Origin: Bacilli bacterium | GTDB taxonomy: Bacteria; Bacillota_I; Bacilli_A; RF39; UBA660 | NCBI GenBank assembly: GCA_017441845.1 | Contig: JAFRVB010000008.1 | Span: forward strand, 110,143-174,142 | Direction: 5' to 3' | Length of the DNA: 64,000 nucleotides | Shown here: piece by piece, positions 1-9,777 of the stretch | Layout: the number at the start of each line of letters is the position of its first letter | How positions within the stretch are numbered: the stretch's first letter is position 1 | Program-made: the position numbers and the translations under genes | The notes under the pieces: model-generated | What the model was told of the DNA's origin: nothing | Seen by the model: the letters and a program-made list of their open reading frames with translations, nothing else | Database searches by the model: none

Positions 1-37
1 TTTATAACTATCAGTACTAGTAATATACTCTATTATT

Positions 38-1450
38 TTATTTAACTCTTCCATCTATACTCCAAGTATGAACTTCAGTTATTTCAACATCTACTATATC
101 ACCAAAGTTTAATTCTTTATCACTAGTAAAATTAACTAGTTTATTAGTATCACTATATCCATAATAAATATTCTTCTTATCACTAATACCTTCTACTAAA
201 ACAGGTAATACTTTACCTAATAATTTATTATTATTTTCTAAAAAATATTTATTCACAACTTCATTAAGTCTTTGTAGTCTATCTTCTCTAACTTCCATAG
301 GAATAACTTCTTTCAATCTACAAGCAGGAGTACCTTCTCTTTCACTATAGATAAAAGTAAAAGCATTATCATACTTACAATAATTAACTAAATCGATTGT
401 TTCTTGAAAGTCTTCTTCCTCTTCTCCAGGAAAACCCACAATAATATCAGTAGATATAGTTACTCCAGGTATTTTATTCTTAATTTTATTAAACAATTCT
501 AAATAAGACTCTTTAGTATATCTTCTACCCATAAGTTTTAATATCTTATTAGATCCACTTTGTACAGGTAAATGAACACTAGGCATAATATTATCATATT
601 TCGCAATAACATCTATCATCTTATCAGTAAAATCCCATGGATGAGAAGTCATAAATCTAATTCTAGGAATTTTAGTCTTTGCAATATCTTCAAGTAGTTC
701 TCCCATAAAATAATCATCATATAAGTCTTTTCCATAAGCATTAACATTTTGTCCTAAAATAGTTATTTCTTTATAACCATCTTTAACTAAAGAATCTACT
801 TCTTTTAAAATATCTTCTTTTTTTCTACTTCTTTCTCTACCTCTAGTATATGGAACTATACAATAAGTACAAAACTTATCACAACCATAAATTATGTTAA
901 CATAAGCTTTATATTTATTACTTCTAATTACAGGTAATTCTTCTACTAAATCTTGTTCACGAGAAAATACTTCTATTTGTCTCTCATCATTTTCAAAAGC
1001 TTTATCAACTAATTCAGGTAACTTATCTAAATTATGAGTACCAAATACTAAATTAACAAACTTATAATTCTTTAATAATTCTTCACAAACACCTGTCTCT
1101 TGAGCCATACATCCACATAAACCAATTACTATATCAGGTTTAGTCTCTTTTAAATGTTTAAATCTACCTAACATACCAAATGCTTTATTATGAGCATTCT
1201 CTCTAATACTACAAGTATTAAGTAATAAGAAATCTGCTTTTTTATAATCTTCTACTTCTTCAAACCCTAATTGTTTTAACATCGCAACTAATGTTTCAGA
1301 ATCTCTTTCATTCATCTGACAACCATAAGTCTTTAAATAGAATGTTTTACCTTTATATTTATCAATAAGTTTCTTATCAATAGTATAATCAATAGTCTTA
1401 TATTTTCTCTTATCACGAGAGGCTTCTTCTTTTTTATCAGGTAAAAGCAT
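38..1450 (-). CDS. miaB: tRNA-i6A37 methylthiotransferase MiaB (radical SAM)
   Basis: 470 aa. Has an N-terminal UPF0004 Cys triad region (YGCQMN), the radical-SAM motif 'YGCDKFCTYCIVPYTRGRERSR' and a C-terminal TRAM-like end. Its start overlaps the upstream stop (TAATG). Confidence 0.9.
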   Translation of the reverse strand: MLLPDKKEEASRDKRKYKTIDYTIDKKLIDKYKGKTFYLKTYGCQMNERDSETLVAMLKQLGFEEVEDYKKADFLLLNTCSIRENAHNKAFGMLGRFKHLKETKPDIVIGLCGCMAQETGVCEELLKNYKFVNLVFGTHNLDKLPELVDKAFENDERQIEVFSREQDLVEELPVIRSNKYKAYVNIIYGCDKFCTYCIVPYTRGRERSRKKEDILKEVDSLVKDGYKEITILGQNVNAYGKDLYDDYFMGELLEDIAKTKIPRIRFMTSHPWDFTDKMIDVIAKYDNIMPSVHLPVQSGSNKILKLMGRRYTKESYLELFNKIKNKIPGVTISTDIIVGFPGEEEEDFQETIDLVNYCKYDNAFTFIYSEREGTPACRLKEVIPMEVREDRLQRLNEVVNKYFLENNNKLLGKVLPVLVEGISDKKNIYYGYSDTNKLVNFTSDKELNFGDIVDVEITEVHTWSIDGRVK

Positions 1451-2886
1451 TATCTCACCCCCCTAAAAGTATCCAAATAATACTTACTACGATAAGATAA
1501 CTCTTTATCAAATTTCTTATAACCATACTTTTCCATTAAAGTCTTTTCATTTGAATATAAATTAGTACCCAAAGCTAATCTATTACCTTCAATCTCTACT
1601 CCTAAAGCTGCCAAAGTAGTAGGAAACATATCTAATGTAGAAAACTCTTTATCAGTATTTCTCTTAGTATCTGGACCATTAATAATTAAATTATATATTC
1701 TTCTCTTATCCTTCTTTTTAAAGTAATGATTCTGCATAGTTAAATGATCTCCACTAATCACAATAACAGTATCTTTATAAAAATCTTGTTTTTGTACCCA
1801 TCTTAAGAATTCATTAACTTCTTCTGCATTACAATAAACAGAATTAGAATAAGGATCTTTATATTTTTTCTTACAAGATTTATCAGTATAACCATCTTGT
1901 ACATGAGTATTTGAAGTTAATAAAGTAAAATTAAATGGTTTATCTTTAGAAGATAATTGTTTTAATTCATTTTTAGCTAATTTTAATAATGTTTTATCTT
2001 CAACACCCCACCACTCTTTATAATCTTTATCTATTTTACCTTCATCTTTTAAAGTATAATAATCTTCTATTTTAAAATTACCATGTCTTCTGATAAAACT
2101 CTCTCTATTACCAAATCTCGCATCACTACCCATCATCCATTCTTGGTTATAACCCTCTTTTTCTAAGATGTCTCCAATACCTATCGCATTATCTTCCATA
2201 GTTTTATAACTAATACGTAGTTTTAATGGTATACCACAAGACATAGACATTATAGCCGCACTAGTCCAAGAAGTACCATAAACTCCTCTAGCTCCACCAA
2301 TTTTCTTAGTATCAGAGAAATTAACATTCTCTTTAGTAATCTTAGTCATAGGCTCTAATAAATTAGTATTTTTAACTCCTCCTAAATCTTTAGAAAGAAA
2401 ACTACTCTCATAAGACTCTAAGTATAAGAATATTAAATTCTTTTTCTCTTTAGGGAATTTTATTTCAACATCACTAGGATCAACATAATTTTTCTCAATA
2501 AATTTAGAATTAGTCATTTGTACCTCTAAGTATTGAAAGAAATCAAATTTATTTAAACATACGATAGGTATACATATACTAATAATAATCAAAATAATAA
2601 TAAATATCTTTCTTAAAGTAAATTTCTTCTTTTTAGTTAAAAATTTATATATAAAAACAATCACTATAAAAACAATAATACTAGTAATTATTGCGGGTAC
2701 TAAAGCATTATAAAAGAATACTTTTAATATATTTTCTTCAGTACTTAGAATAGGTGTTCTAAGTTGAAATAATATCTCATCAAAATTAACATTACCAAAT
2801 TGAGCTAAACCCCACCTAGTTAATGTAATAAAGAATGATAATAAAAGTACTAAAATGTATACTAATAAATGTTTAACTATTTTCAT
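1450..2886 (-). CDS. LTA-synthase-family sulfatase-domain membrane protein (LtaS-like phosphoglycerol transferase)
   Basis: N-terminal multi-TM region plus an extracellular sulfatase-like domain ('FLYLESYES', 'VISGDHLTM'). I prefer the internal ATG at 2886 (MKIVKHLL) because AGGAG lies 5 nt upstream and the longer ORF runs into an upstream hairpin. Confidence 0.7.
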   Translation of the reverse strand: MKIVKHLLVYILVLLLSFFITLTRWGLAQFGNVNFDEILFQLRTPILSTEENILKVFFYNALVPAIITSIIVFIVIVFIYKFLTKKKKFTLRKIFIIILIIISICIPIVCLNKFDFFQYLEVQMTNSKFIEKNYVDPSDVEIKFPKEKKNLIFLYLESYESSFLSKDLGGVKNTNLLEPMTKITKENVNFSDTKKIGGARGVYGTSWTSAAIMSMSCGIPLKLRISYKTMEDNAIGIGDILEKEGYNQEWMMGSDARFGNRESFIRRHGNFKIEDYYTLKDEGKIDKDYKEWWGVEDKTLLKLAKNELKQLSSKDKPFNFTLLTSNTHVQDGYTDKSCKKKYKDPYSNSVYCNAEEVNEFLRWVQKQDFYKDTVIVISGDHLTMQNHYFKKKDKRRIYNLIINGPDTKRNTDKEFSTLDMFPTTLAALGVEIEGNRLALGTNLYSNEKTLMEKYGYKKFDKELSYRSKYYLDTFRGVR

Positions 2887-2904
2887 AACTACTCCTAACA
2901 AAAT

Positions 2905-2930
2905 AAAAATGTATTTGAAATACATTTTTA
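2905..2930 (-). terminator. Hairpin terminator downstream of giant prepilin P1
   Basis: Palindrome aaaaatgtattt/aaatacattttt with flanking A/T runs, located between the P1 stop (2962) and the LtaS-like start. Confidence 0.5.
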
Positions 2931-2961
2931 TTATATCATAAATTCTTAATAATAAATTATA

Positions 2962-5022
2962 TTATCTAAAATCCCAAGAAACATATTTTTTTGTACAATT
3001 ATCTAATTTATCACAAATTTTAGATTCAGACTTAACAACATATCTTCCATTTTTACAATCTCTATAGGTTTTAAATTCTAATTCACCATCATTCTCACCA
3101 GAGGCAAAATTATCTTTTATTACAGCTTGTCTTAACCAAATATCTTTAATTCCTTCAAGTGTTCCTCTATAATCATCATTATAATTATGTTGTGATTTTG
3201 AACAACGTCTTGTACATCCAGTATCAGATGCTCCACCATAACAATAATAAACTCTAGATTTATCACCAGTATTAACAGTCGATAAACCACAACCATCATC
3301 TTTCCATGTCATATACCAATAATTTCTATCAGAAGTGTTTTTCTTTCTTTTAGAAACATAATAAGGTGGACTTTTATCTATTCTAATCATTGTAGATGCA
3401 TAATCAGAACAATTATCATTATCAGTTGCAGAAGTTGCAAAAGTACTACAAACTTTAACGTACACATATTGACCTCTCTCAGCTGAGAATGGATAAGTAG
3501 TAAAATTATTTACTCCAACAGCGGCTTTTCCGGCACTATTATTAAATTGAGTAAGAGTTGACTTATTATATGTATAATACCATTTACCTATACTTGAAGC
3601 TGCAGTAGTTGTTTTTAATGTCAAACTAAAGTTGTTTTTAGTCCACTTACCACCAGAAGGATTAGTAATTGTAGGTGTACTTGGTTTAAGAAATAGTTGT
3701 TTCCAAGATGCTTTTACTGTTCTATTTCCTGTTACTGTTGTTGAACTTGTTACCGTAGTAGTTCCATCTTTCCATCCTAAGAATTCATATCCACTTCTCA
3801 ATGGAGTACAAAGATTTCCCCAAGTAGATCCATAATTAGCGGTTTTAGAAGTACATCCACTTCCTCCATTATTATCATAAGTAAGCTTGTATGCATTTAT
3901 CTTCCAGTTAGCTATAACATCTATAGTAATATTTTTAGTAATTAAATCTGAATCATTATAACCAAAATTACTAACTTTATATTTAGTAGCTTGATTATAT
4001 TCCTTTCCACTATATGCCCATTCTTTACCAGACTCCATATGATAGTGACTTCTACCTATATTTATCCAATCAGGATTATTATAATTCCAAAGATCAGCTT
4101 CACTCTTATATTTGATTTTAGATATTACCCTATCATCTGTACCATGATATATGTAATCACTAGAATCGATTTTATAATCTGCATGATGTGGATTAATCAT
4201 TGAAGCTCCATTAGATTTCATTCTTATTAATAATGCTCCAACGAAATAGTTGAATGATTCACTTAAGTTAACAGGTGTATTATTATTATCAATATCATAT
4301 ATTTCACCAGTAACTTTTAAATAATAAGTAACTGGTTCATCTATATTTTCTAAATCATTAGGTACTACTACATCTCTAGTAATAGATCCATCATAATTTT
4401 GATTTTTAAACTCTAATGTTTTTGGATCAGTGAAAGCTTCTGTTCCTTTAAACCATTGATATGTTAATACTTGATTTGCTTTTAAACCTACTCCTTGATC
4501 TGTTAAGATAATTTTTACTTCAAGTTTATCTCCAATATGATAAGGATTTTTATTTGGATTTTTAGAAATTTCAATAGTAGGTCCCATATTATCTTCCAAA
4601 CCACAAGGCTCTACTTCATCTGCTTTTTTACCATTACCATAAATTATTTTAGATCCACTTCTACAAGTTACATTAGTACTATAGTGATAATTCTCATTTT
4701 TATTTTTTCTAACATAAACAAAAGTATCTTCTTCACCACAATCAGTATTTCTAACTTGAATATCTTCGATTAAATCTTTTTCTTTTAAATCATTATAACT
4801 AATAACAGCACAACCAGTATTATCAATACCAAATAAATCTTCATTATAAGCATCTACATAAGCTTTAGCAGCACTATTAATAGCTTTATCATAAGTTCTA
4901 TATTTAGTATCTTTATTATCTCTTTGAATATAATTAACTGCTGGAACAGCCATTATCATAATTACACCTAGTATCGCTATCGCAACAACTAATTCTATTA
5001 AAGTGAACCCTTTATTATTCAT
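2962..5022 (-). CDS. Giant modular type IV prepilin-like protein P1 (N-terminal cleavage/methylation domain + Listeria-Bacteroides repeat + Cys-rich C-terminal region)
   Basis: The N-terminus 'MNNKGFTLIELVVAIAILGVIMIMAVPAV' is a class III signal (G|FTLIE, Glu at +5). A pilin-like head with a Cys pair follows. 'YKLTYDNNGGSG...GYEFLGWKDG...VKASWK' matches the Listeria-Bacteroides repeat (TIGR02543-type). The protein is 686 aa. Confidence 0.75.
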   Translation of the reverse strand: MNNKGFTLIELVVAIAILGVIMIMAVPAVNYIQRDNKDTKYRTYDKAINSAAKAYVDAYNEDLFGIDNTGCAVISYNDLKEKDLIEDIQVRNTDCGEEDTFVYVRKNKNENYHYSTNVTCRSGSKIIYGNGKKADEVEPCGLEDNMGPTIEISKNPNKNPYHIGDKLEVKIILTDQGVGLKANQVLTYQWFKGTEAFTDPKTLEFKNQNYDGSITRDVVVPNDLENIDEPVTYYLKVTGEIYDIDNNNTPVNLSESFNYFVGALLIRMKSNGASMINPHHADYKIDSSDYIYHGTDDRVISKIKYKSEADLWNYNNPDWINIGRSHYHMESGKEWAYSGKEYNQATKYKVSNFGYNDSDLITKNITIDVIANWKINAYKLTYDNNGGSGCTSKTANYGSTWGNLCTPLRSGYEFLGWKDGTTTVTSSTTVTGNRTVKASWKQLFLKPSTPTITNPSGGKWTKNNFSLTLKTTTAASSIGKWYYTYNKSTLTQFNNSAGKAAVGVNNFTTYPFSAERGQYVYVKVCSTFATSATDNDNCSDYASTMIRIDKSPPYYVSKRKKNTSDRNYWYMTWKDDGCGLSTVNTGDKSRVYYCYGGASDTGCTRRCSKSQHNYNDDYRGTLEGIKDIWLRQAVIKDNFASGENDGELEFKTYRDCKNGRYVVKSESKICDKLDNCTKKYVSWDFR

Positions 5023-5070
5023 ATTATCACCTATTATAATTGTATAATATTAAGGCATCAAAGTAAACTA

Positions 5071-5096
5071 AAAAAGATGTATGAAACATCTTTTTT
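5071..5096 (-). terminator. Rho-independent terminator after the ankyrin-like gene
   Basis: Hairpin aaaagatgt-atgaa-acatctttt with a T-run, overlapping the stop codon at 5095. Confidence 0.55.
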
Positions 5097-5787
5097 AAAC
5101 ACTAACTTCTTCAATAGTACTATTAATAATTGCTTCAATTATCTCTATACTATTATTCTCTATATCACTTTTAATCGCATCTTTATTATCATTAATCCTA
5201 TCTACTAGTAATTGCATATTAGGTTGAAGACTCTTCTTAGATAATGATTTTAATATAATATTAAAATTATTAACTTTAGAATAACTACCATAATTATTAT
5301 TAGCTATACTAAGTTTAAATAAATTTCTAAAATCATATAAATCAATACTAGTAAATCTTCTATCTTCTAATATTTTTAATGATGTTATTAAATAGTTATT
5401 ATTAGTAGCCTTATCTAATATAGTTTCTCCTTTATTATTTCTTATATTAGGTAAGAAATTCTTTTTCTTCATCAATGCATCTACTATTTTAATAGAACCT
5501 ACCCCGTTATAACACGCCAGTAAATGTCCAAAAGTATCACCCATATTATTTTGATGATTAACATTCCAATTTCTTTTCTTAATGTAAGTAAGAACTAAAT
5601 TAAATTGGTTAGCTTTCAATAATCTAGCTAAAACATCATTACCATTACAATCAACAGTATTAATATTCACAATATTTTTATCCAATAAATAATTAACAAC
5701 CTCAAATTCCCCTCTACTAATTAAAGGGAAAATCCCGGAAGGATCAACCTCCATATCCCTTATCATGTCTTTATTAATATTTGTCAT
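5095..5787 (-). CDS. Ankyrin-repeat-like protein
   Basis: 230 aa with no signal peptide. Repeated 'N..G.T..H.LA......(I/V)v..Ll' units (for example 'NNMGDTFGHLLACYNG', 'NNKGETILDKATNNN', 'DCNGNDVLARLLKAN'). Confidence 0.5.
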   Translation of the reverse strand: MTNINKDMIRDMEVDPSGIFPLISRGEFEVVNYLLDKNIVNINTVDCNGNDVLARLLKANQFNLVLTYIKKRNWNVNHQNNMGDTFGHLLACYNGVGSIKIVDALMKKKNFLPNIRNNKGETILDKATNNNYLITSLKILEDRRFTSIDLYDFRNLFKLSIANNNYGSYSKVNNFNIILKSLSKKSLQPNMQLLVDRINDNKDAIKSDIENNSIEIIEAIINSTIEEVSV

Positions 5788-5847
5788 AAAACCTCCTAAG
5801 GCGTGTATTACTATGTTACAAAAAAAGAATTATTTTGTCAAATAAAA

Positions 5848-5866
5848 GAGACTTCTAAGAAGTCTC
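5848..5866 (-). terminator. Rho-independent terminator after surface protein 5872..7101
   Basis: gagacttc-taa-gaagtctc hairpin followed on the minus strand by TTTTATTT. Confidence 0.55.
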
Positions 5867-5871
5867 ATGTA

Positions 5872-7101
5872 TTAACTTTTTTTAGGTTTACCTTGTAGTG
5901 CTACAGGATAAATCAAAGCACATGCTGCAATAACTACAGCTATTATTATAAAGGCATTTAATCCAGTATTTGGATTATTAGTATCTGATGAAATATTAGT
6001 AACTCTAAAATTAATAGTATAGTTAATATTATCATATGTAGCAGTAACATCAGTTGATCCTAGTTTTAATGGAACTACTTTTCCATTTTCAATCTTTAAT
6101 ACTGTAGGATCAGCTACTCTCCAACTAATATCTCCAGTATCAACATCTTTTAATTCATCAAAGTAATCTTGTACTGAAACTCTAGAATTTAATTTAATTG
6201 TTTTCTTTTTAGCTAAATCAATTACTACTCTAGAATTAAATTCTTCTACAACATTAGCTTCAGAATTAAATAATGTTCCTTTAACAATAGGTTTAGTCCA
6301 GGTATTATTAGCTGTGAAATAAATTACTGGATTTGATGCAAAATCAACGTTACTAGCTCCATATTTAGCACAGTTAACTTCACTCGAATCAACTTTTATA
6401 GCATATGATTTAACGCTATCTTCACGTTTATCTATAGTATCATTATCACTTTTTATCATTTCTCCAAAATCATATACTGCTAAAGAACAAGCACATTTTC
6501 CTAATTTAGCGTTATTTATATTAATTGATCTATTAGGGAATGATGAATCACCATGACCCATTACTACAATACCATAATTAGGTCCATTGAATGTATAACC
6601 ATTAATTGTATGAGAATAACCTTTTTCTAAACCTAATCCTGAAAAACTACCATTAATAGTAACATTTTCCAACATAGAGTTAGTCTCAATTTTAACAACG
6701 GTACACATACCTTTATTCTCTTCATTACAAATTTCACTTGTACCATACATATTTAAATTTTTTAGTTTAACAAGATTATTATCATCGTCAACAAACAAAG
6801 TAGTGAATGTTAATTTAGTATCATCATTAACTCCACTAACATTTATATTAGAACCATTTCCACTACTAAAACCAATATAGTAATTAAGATTATGATTCTT
6901 AATTATATATTCAGAAGAATCCATGAAGGTAATATCAGCAACTCCTCTACTACCACTATCTTCAAGATAAGTGAACAACTCATCTAAATCATCATAATCA
7001 CAGCCATTCTTACATACGCTATATTGTGTTGCATTTGTACAGAATGGTATTAAAAATAAACATAGTACAAATACAAAGAACAAATTCTTAAAACTTTTCA
7101 T
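5872..7101 (-). CDS. Secreted surface protein with Big_2-like Ig domain and NPNTG-type C-terminal sorting signal
   Basis: Signal peptide MKSFKNLFFVFVLCLFLIPFC. Big_2-like 'VADPTVLKIENGKVVPLKLGSTDVTATY'. C-terminus 'NPNTG' + hydrophobic helix + 'KPKKS', the architecture of a cell-wall sorting signal. Confidence 0.6.
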   Translation of the reverse strand: MKSFKNLFFVFVLCLFLIPFCTNATQYSVCKNGCDYDDLDELFTYLEDSGSRGVADITFMDSSEYIIKNHNLNYYIGFSSGNGSNINVSGVNDDTKLTFTTLFVDDDNNLVKLKNLNMYGTSEICNEENKGMCTVVKIETNSMLENVTINGSFSGLGLEKGYSHTINGYTFNGPNYGIVVMGHGDSSFPNRSININNAKLGKCACSLAVYDFGEMIKSDNDTIDKREDSVKSYAIKVDSSEVNCAKYGASNVDFASNPVIYFTANNTWTKPIVKGTLFNSEANVVEEFNSRVVIDLAKKKTIKLNSRVSVQDYFDELKDVDTGDISWRVADPTVLKIENGKVVPLKLGSTDVTATYDNINYTINFRVTNISSDTNNPNTGLNAFIIIAVVIAACALIYPVALQGKPKKS

Positions 7102-7171
7102 TTCACCATACCTACCTTATTCATATTATTCTAAGTATATTATACCATATAAAATAAAATAAACAACAAAA

Positions 7172-7192
7172 AAAAGCATCATTGATGCTTTT
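7172..7192 (-). terminator. Rho-independent terminator after the SPFH gene
   Basis: aaagcatca-ttg-atgcttt hairpin with an adjacent T-run on the minus strand. Confidence 0.5.
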
Positions 7193-7194
7193 TA

Positions 7195-8391
7195 TTAATC
7201 TAACTTTTCTCCACATTTAGTACAGAAATTTCCATCGTTTTCTGCACCACATTTTGGACAAACTTTAGTACCAGCTGGTGCTTCTTCCTTAGGAGCTTCT
7301 TCTTTAGGTTCTTCAGCTACTTCAGGTGTAGCCTCAGGTGCAGCTTCAGTTCCAGCAACAACTCCTGCTGCAGCAACAGGTTGTGCAAATGGATCAACCG
7401 GAATAGTAGTTCCTGGAGTTTGATTATTAACAGCTCCTTGAATCATACCACCACTGGCCATACCAACCATTCCTACTCCCATCATACCATTCATTACGCC
7501 AGCTTCATTGTTAGCAGCATCTTGAACAGCTTGAGCATATGCTCCAGTAAGAGTACCTTTTTGCATGAATGAGTTTGCAGAAAGTTCATAATTATCAATT
7601 TTAGTTTGACTTTCATCATCTAGAGTAACTGATTCAATAGCAAATCCAACGATAGTTAAACCTCTATCTCTAATTGCTTGATCATATACTCCTTCTTCCA
7701 TAACTTTCTTTATTTCATCAGTTCTACTAGGTAATTCTAATACTGGTACTTTATGATTAACAGTACCTAATTCATTTAATACCTTTTGGAATGCTGAAAT
7801 AACTTCAGTTCTCATTTGTTCATTTAAAGTATCTTTCTTATATTCATCAGCAGTACCTGCGATTTGACTCATAAAGATACATGGATCACTAATCTTAAAA
7901 GTATATTTACCAAAACATTTAACATCTACTCTTAATGGTGTAAGAGAATTAGTCATTTGATTTGGAATTGGATGTGACCAATCTTGGAATGGAACTGGTG
8001 CTGGTGTTCCAAACTTATTATCAATAATTTCTTTAGCATTAATAAAGAATACAGCTTGTTCTTTACTTACTCCACCATTATAAGTAAAACGATTCCACAT
8101 TTCTTTGAATACATCTCCAAATTGTCCAGCAAAGAATGTTGGTGAAGAACTTTCATCAAAAGTATAAATTCCTTCTTCTGCAGTAGCATCTAAAATTTTA
8201 CCACTTTGGAAGATAACTGCTACTTGTCCAGGAGATACCTGAATAGCACTATCCTTAGAAATAATTCCATTAGGAGTAGACATTTTCTTCATTAAAATAT
8301 CATTACCTAAATCTTCACATCTAATATAATCTTTCCATTGATCGTGTAATGTGCTTCCAGCAGCTTCTACAGCAGCTTTAATTAATCCCAT
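7195..8391 (-). CDS. SPFH/band-7-family protein with C-terminal zinc ribbon (COG4260/YdjI-like)
   Basis: N-terminus 'MGLIKAAVEAAGS...', an SPFH-like core, an Ala/Glu/Pro-rich linker, and a terminal 'CPKCGAENDGNFCTKCG'. The start at 8391 has GAGAGGA upstream. Confidence 0.6.
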   Translation of the reverse strand: MGLIKAAVEAAGSTLHDQWKDYIRCEDLGNDILMKKMSTPNGIISKDSAIQVSPGQVAVIFQSGKILDATAEEGIYTFDESSSPTFFAGQFGDVFKEMWNRFTYNGGVSKEQAVFFINAKEIIDNKFGTPAPVPFQDWSHPIPNQMTNSLTPLRVDVKCFGKYTFKISDPCIFMSQIAGTADEYKKDTLNEQMRTEVISAFQKVLNELGTVNHKVPVLELPSRTDEIKKVMEEGVYDQAIRDRGLTIVGFAIESVTLDDESQTKIDNYELSANSFMQKGTLTGAYAQAVQDAANNEAGVMNGMMGVGMVGMASGGMIQGAVNNQTPGTTIPVDPFAQPVAAAGVVAGTEAAPEATPEVAEEPKEEAPKEEAPAGTKVCPKCGAENDGNFCTKCGEKLD

Positions 8392-8483
8392 ATTTTTTCC
8401 TCTCTTTCTAGATATAAAGATATCCTTCATCTATATTATACATTAATTTTTATTAACTATAAAGAAAAAAGTAATGTAAAACA

Positions 8484-9770
8484 TTACTTTATAGGAACTA
8501 TTTTATCTTTACCACCCATATATGGTTGTAAAATCTTAGGTATAGTAACTGAACCATCTTCTTGATAGTTATTCTCAAGTAGAGCAATTAAACCTCTAGG
8601 AGTAGCAACTACTGTGTTATTTAAAGTATGTAAGTAATATGTTCCATTTTCTCCTTTTTTACGAATACCAAGACGTCTTGCTTGAGCATCTCCTAAAGTA
8701 GAACAACTTCCTACTTCGAAATATTTTTGTTGACGAGGAGACCAAGCCTCTACATCACATGATTTAACTTTTAAATCAGCTAAATCTCCAGAACAACATT
8801 CTAATTGTCTTACTGGAATATCCATATTTCTAAATAAATCAACTGTTAATTTCCACATCTTGTTATACCATTCCATTGATTCTTCTGGTTCACATATAAC
8901 AATCATCTCTTGTTTTTCAAATTGATGAACTCTATATAAACCTCTTTCTTCTAAACCATGGCTTCCTCCTTCTTTTCTAAAGCATGGAGAATAACTTGTC
9001 ATATGAATAGGTAATTCTTCATCTTTAATAATTTGACCTTTAAATTTACCAATCATAGAATGTTCAGAAGTACCAATTAAGTATAAATCTTCATTTTCAA
9101 TCTTATACATCATAGCTTCCATCTCAGGGAAAGACATAACTCCAGTAACTACATCAGAGTGAATCATAAATGGAGGAATTGCATAAGTAAATCCAGCATC
9201 TATCATAAAGTCTCTAGCATAAGCGATCATAGCTTCATGAAGTCTAGCGATATCTCCTAATAGAAAATAGAATCCTTCTCCAGATGTTCTACCAGCAGCC
9301 TCTTTATCCATACCACCTAAATTTAAAATAATATCAGCATGATGTGGAATCTCATATTTAGGCACTACTGGATCTCCAAATCTTTCAACCTCAACATTTT
9401 CAGTATCATCATGTCCTAGTGGTACAGACTCATCAATTATTTGAGGTATCTTCATCATTATATCTTTAATTTTATCTTGGATTGCAGGTAATTCTTCATC
9501 AATTTCCGCAATTCTCTTACTCATCTTCGCAACTTCATCTTTTACTTTATCTGCTTCATCTTTTTTACCATCACGCATTAAATTACCAATCTCTTTACTA
9601 ACCTTATTCTTATCAGCTTTTAAAGTATCTCCCTCAACTTGCATCTTTCTAGCTTCTTCATCTAATCTCTTTACTTCATCTACTAAAGGTAATTTATCAT
9701 CTTGAAATTTCTTCTTAATGTTCTCCTTTACTACATCACTATTTTCTCTAATTAAATTAATATCAATCAT
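8484..9770 (-). CDS. serS: Seryl-tRNA synthetase
   Basis: 'MIDINLIRENSDVVKENIKKKF' coiled-coil arm plus class II core motifs ('FRKEGGSHG', 'HTLNNTVVATPR'). AGGAGGG RBS lies before the ATG at 9770. The longer ORF start lies inside the T-box leader. Confidence 0.93.
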   Translation of the reverse strand: MIDINLIRENSDVVKENIKKKFQDDKLPLVDEVKRLDEEARKMQVEGDTLKADKNKVSKEIGNLMRDGKKDEADKVKDEVAKMSKRIAEIDEELPAIQDKIKDIMMKIPQIIDESVPLGHDDTENVEVERFGDPVVPKYEIPHHADIILNLGGMDKEAAGRTSGEGFYFLLGDIARLHEAMIAYARDFMIDAGFTYAIPPFMIHSDVVTGVMSFPEMEAMMYKIENEDLYLIGTSEHSMIGKFKGQIIKDEELPIHMTSYSPCFRKEGGSHGLEERGLYRVHQFEKQEMIVICEPEESMEWYNKMWKLTVDLFRNMDIPVRQLECCSGDLADLKVKSCDVEAWSPRQQKYFEVGSCSTLGDAQARRLGIRKKGENGTYYLHTLNNTVVATPRGLIALLENNYQEDGSVTIPKILQPYMGGKDKIVPIK

Positions 9771-9777
9771 ATTTTCC

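Noticed and set aside
3632-4773. Plus-strand ORFs 3632..3835, 3991..4203 and 4537..4773 inside the P1 gene. The same pattern applies to 7381..7572, 17164..17376, 19609..20965, 22102..22858, 37703..38308, 40927..41208, 42331..42987, 43667..44431, 45397..45714, 48025..48225, 57601..58090, 58270..58599, 59193..59642, 61376..61663, 62316..62537 and 63467..63685.
   Set aside because: All lie antisense to long, well-supported CDS. They have low-complexity Ile/Leu/Ser/Phe-rich translations typical of the reverse frame of AT-rich genes, no RBS, and no recognisable motifs.
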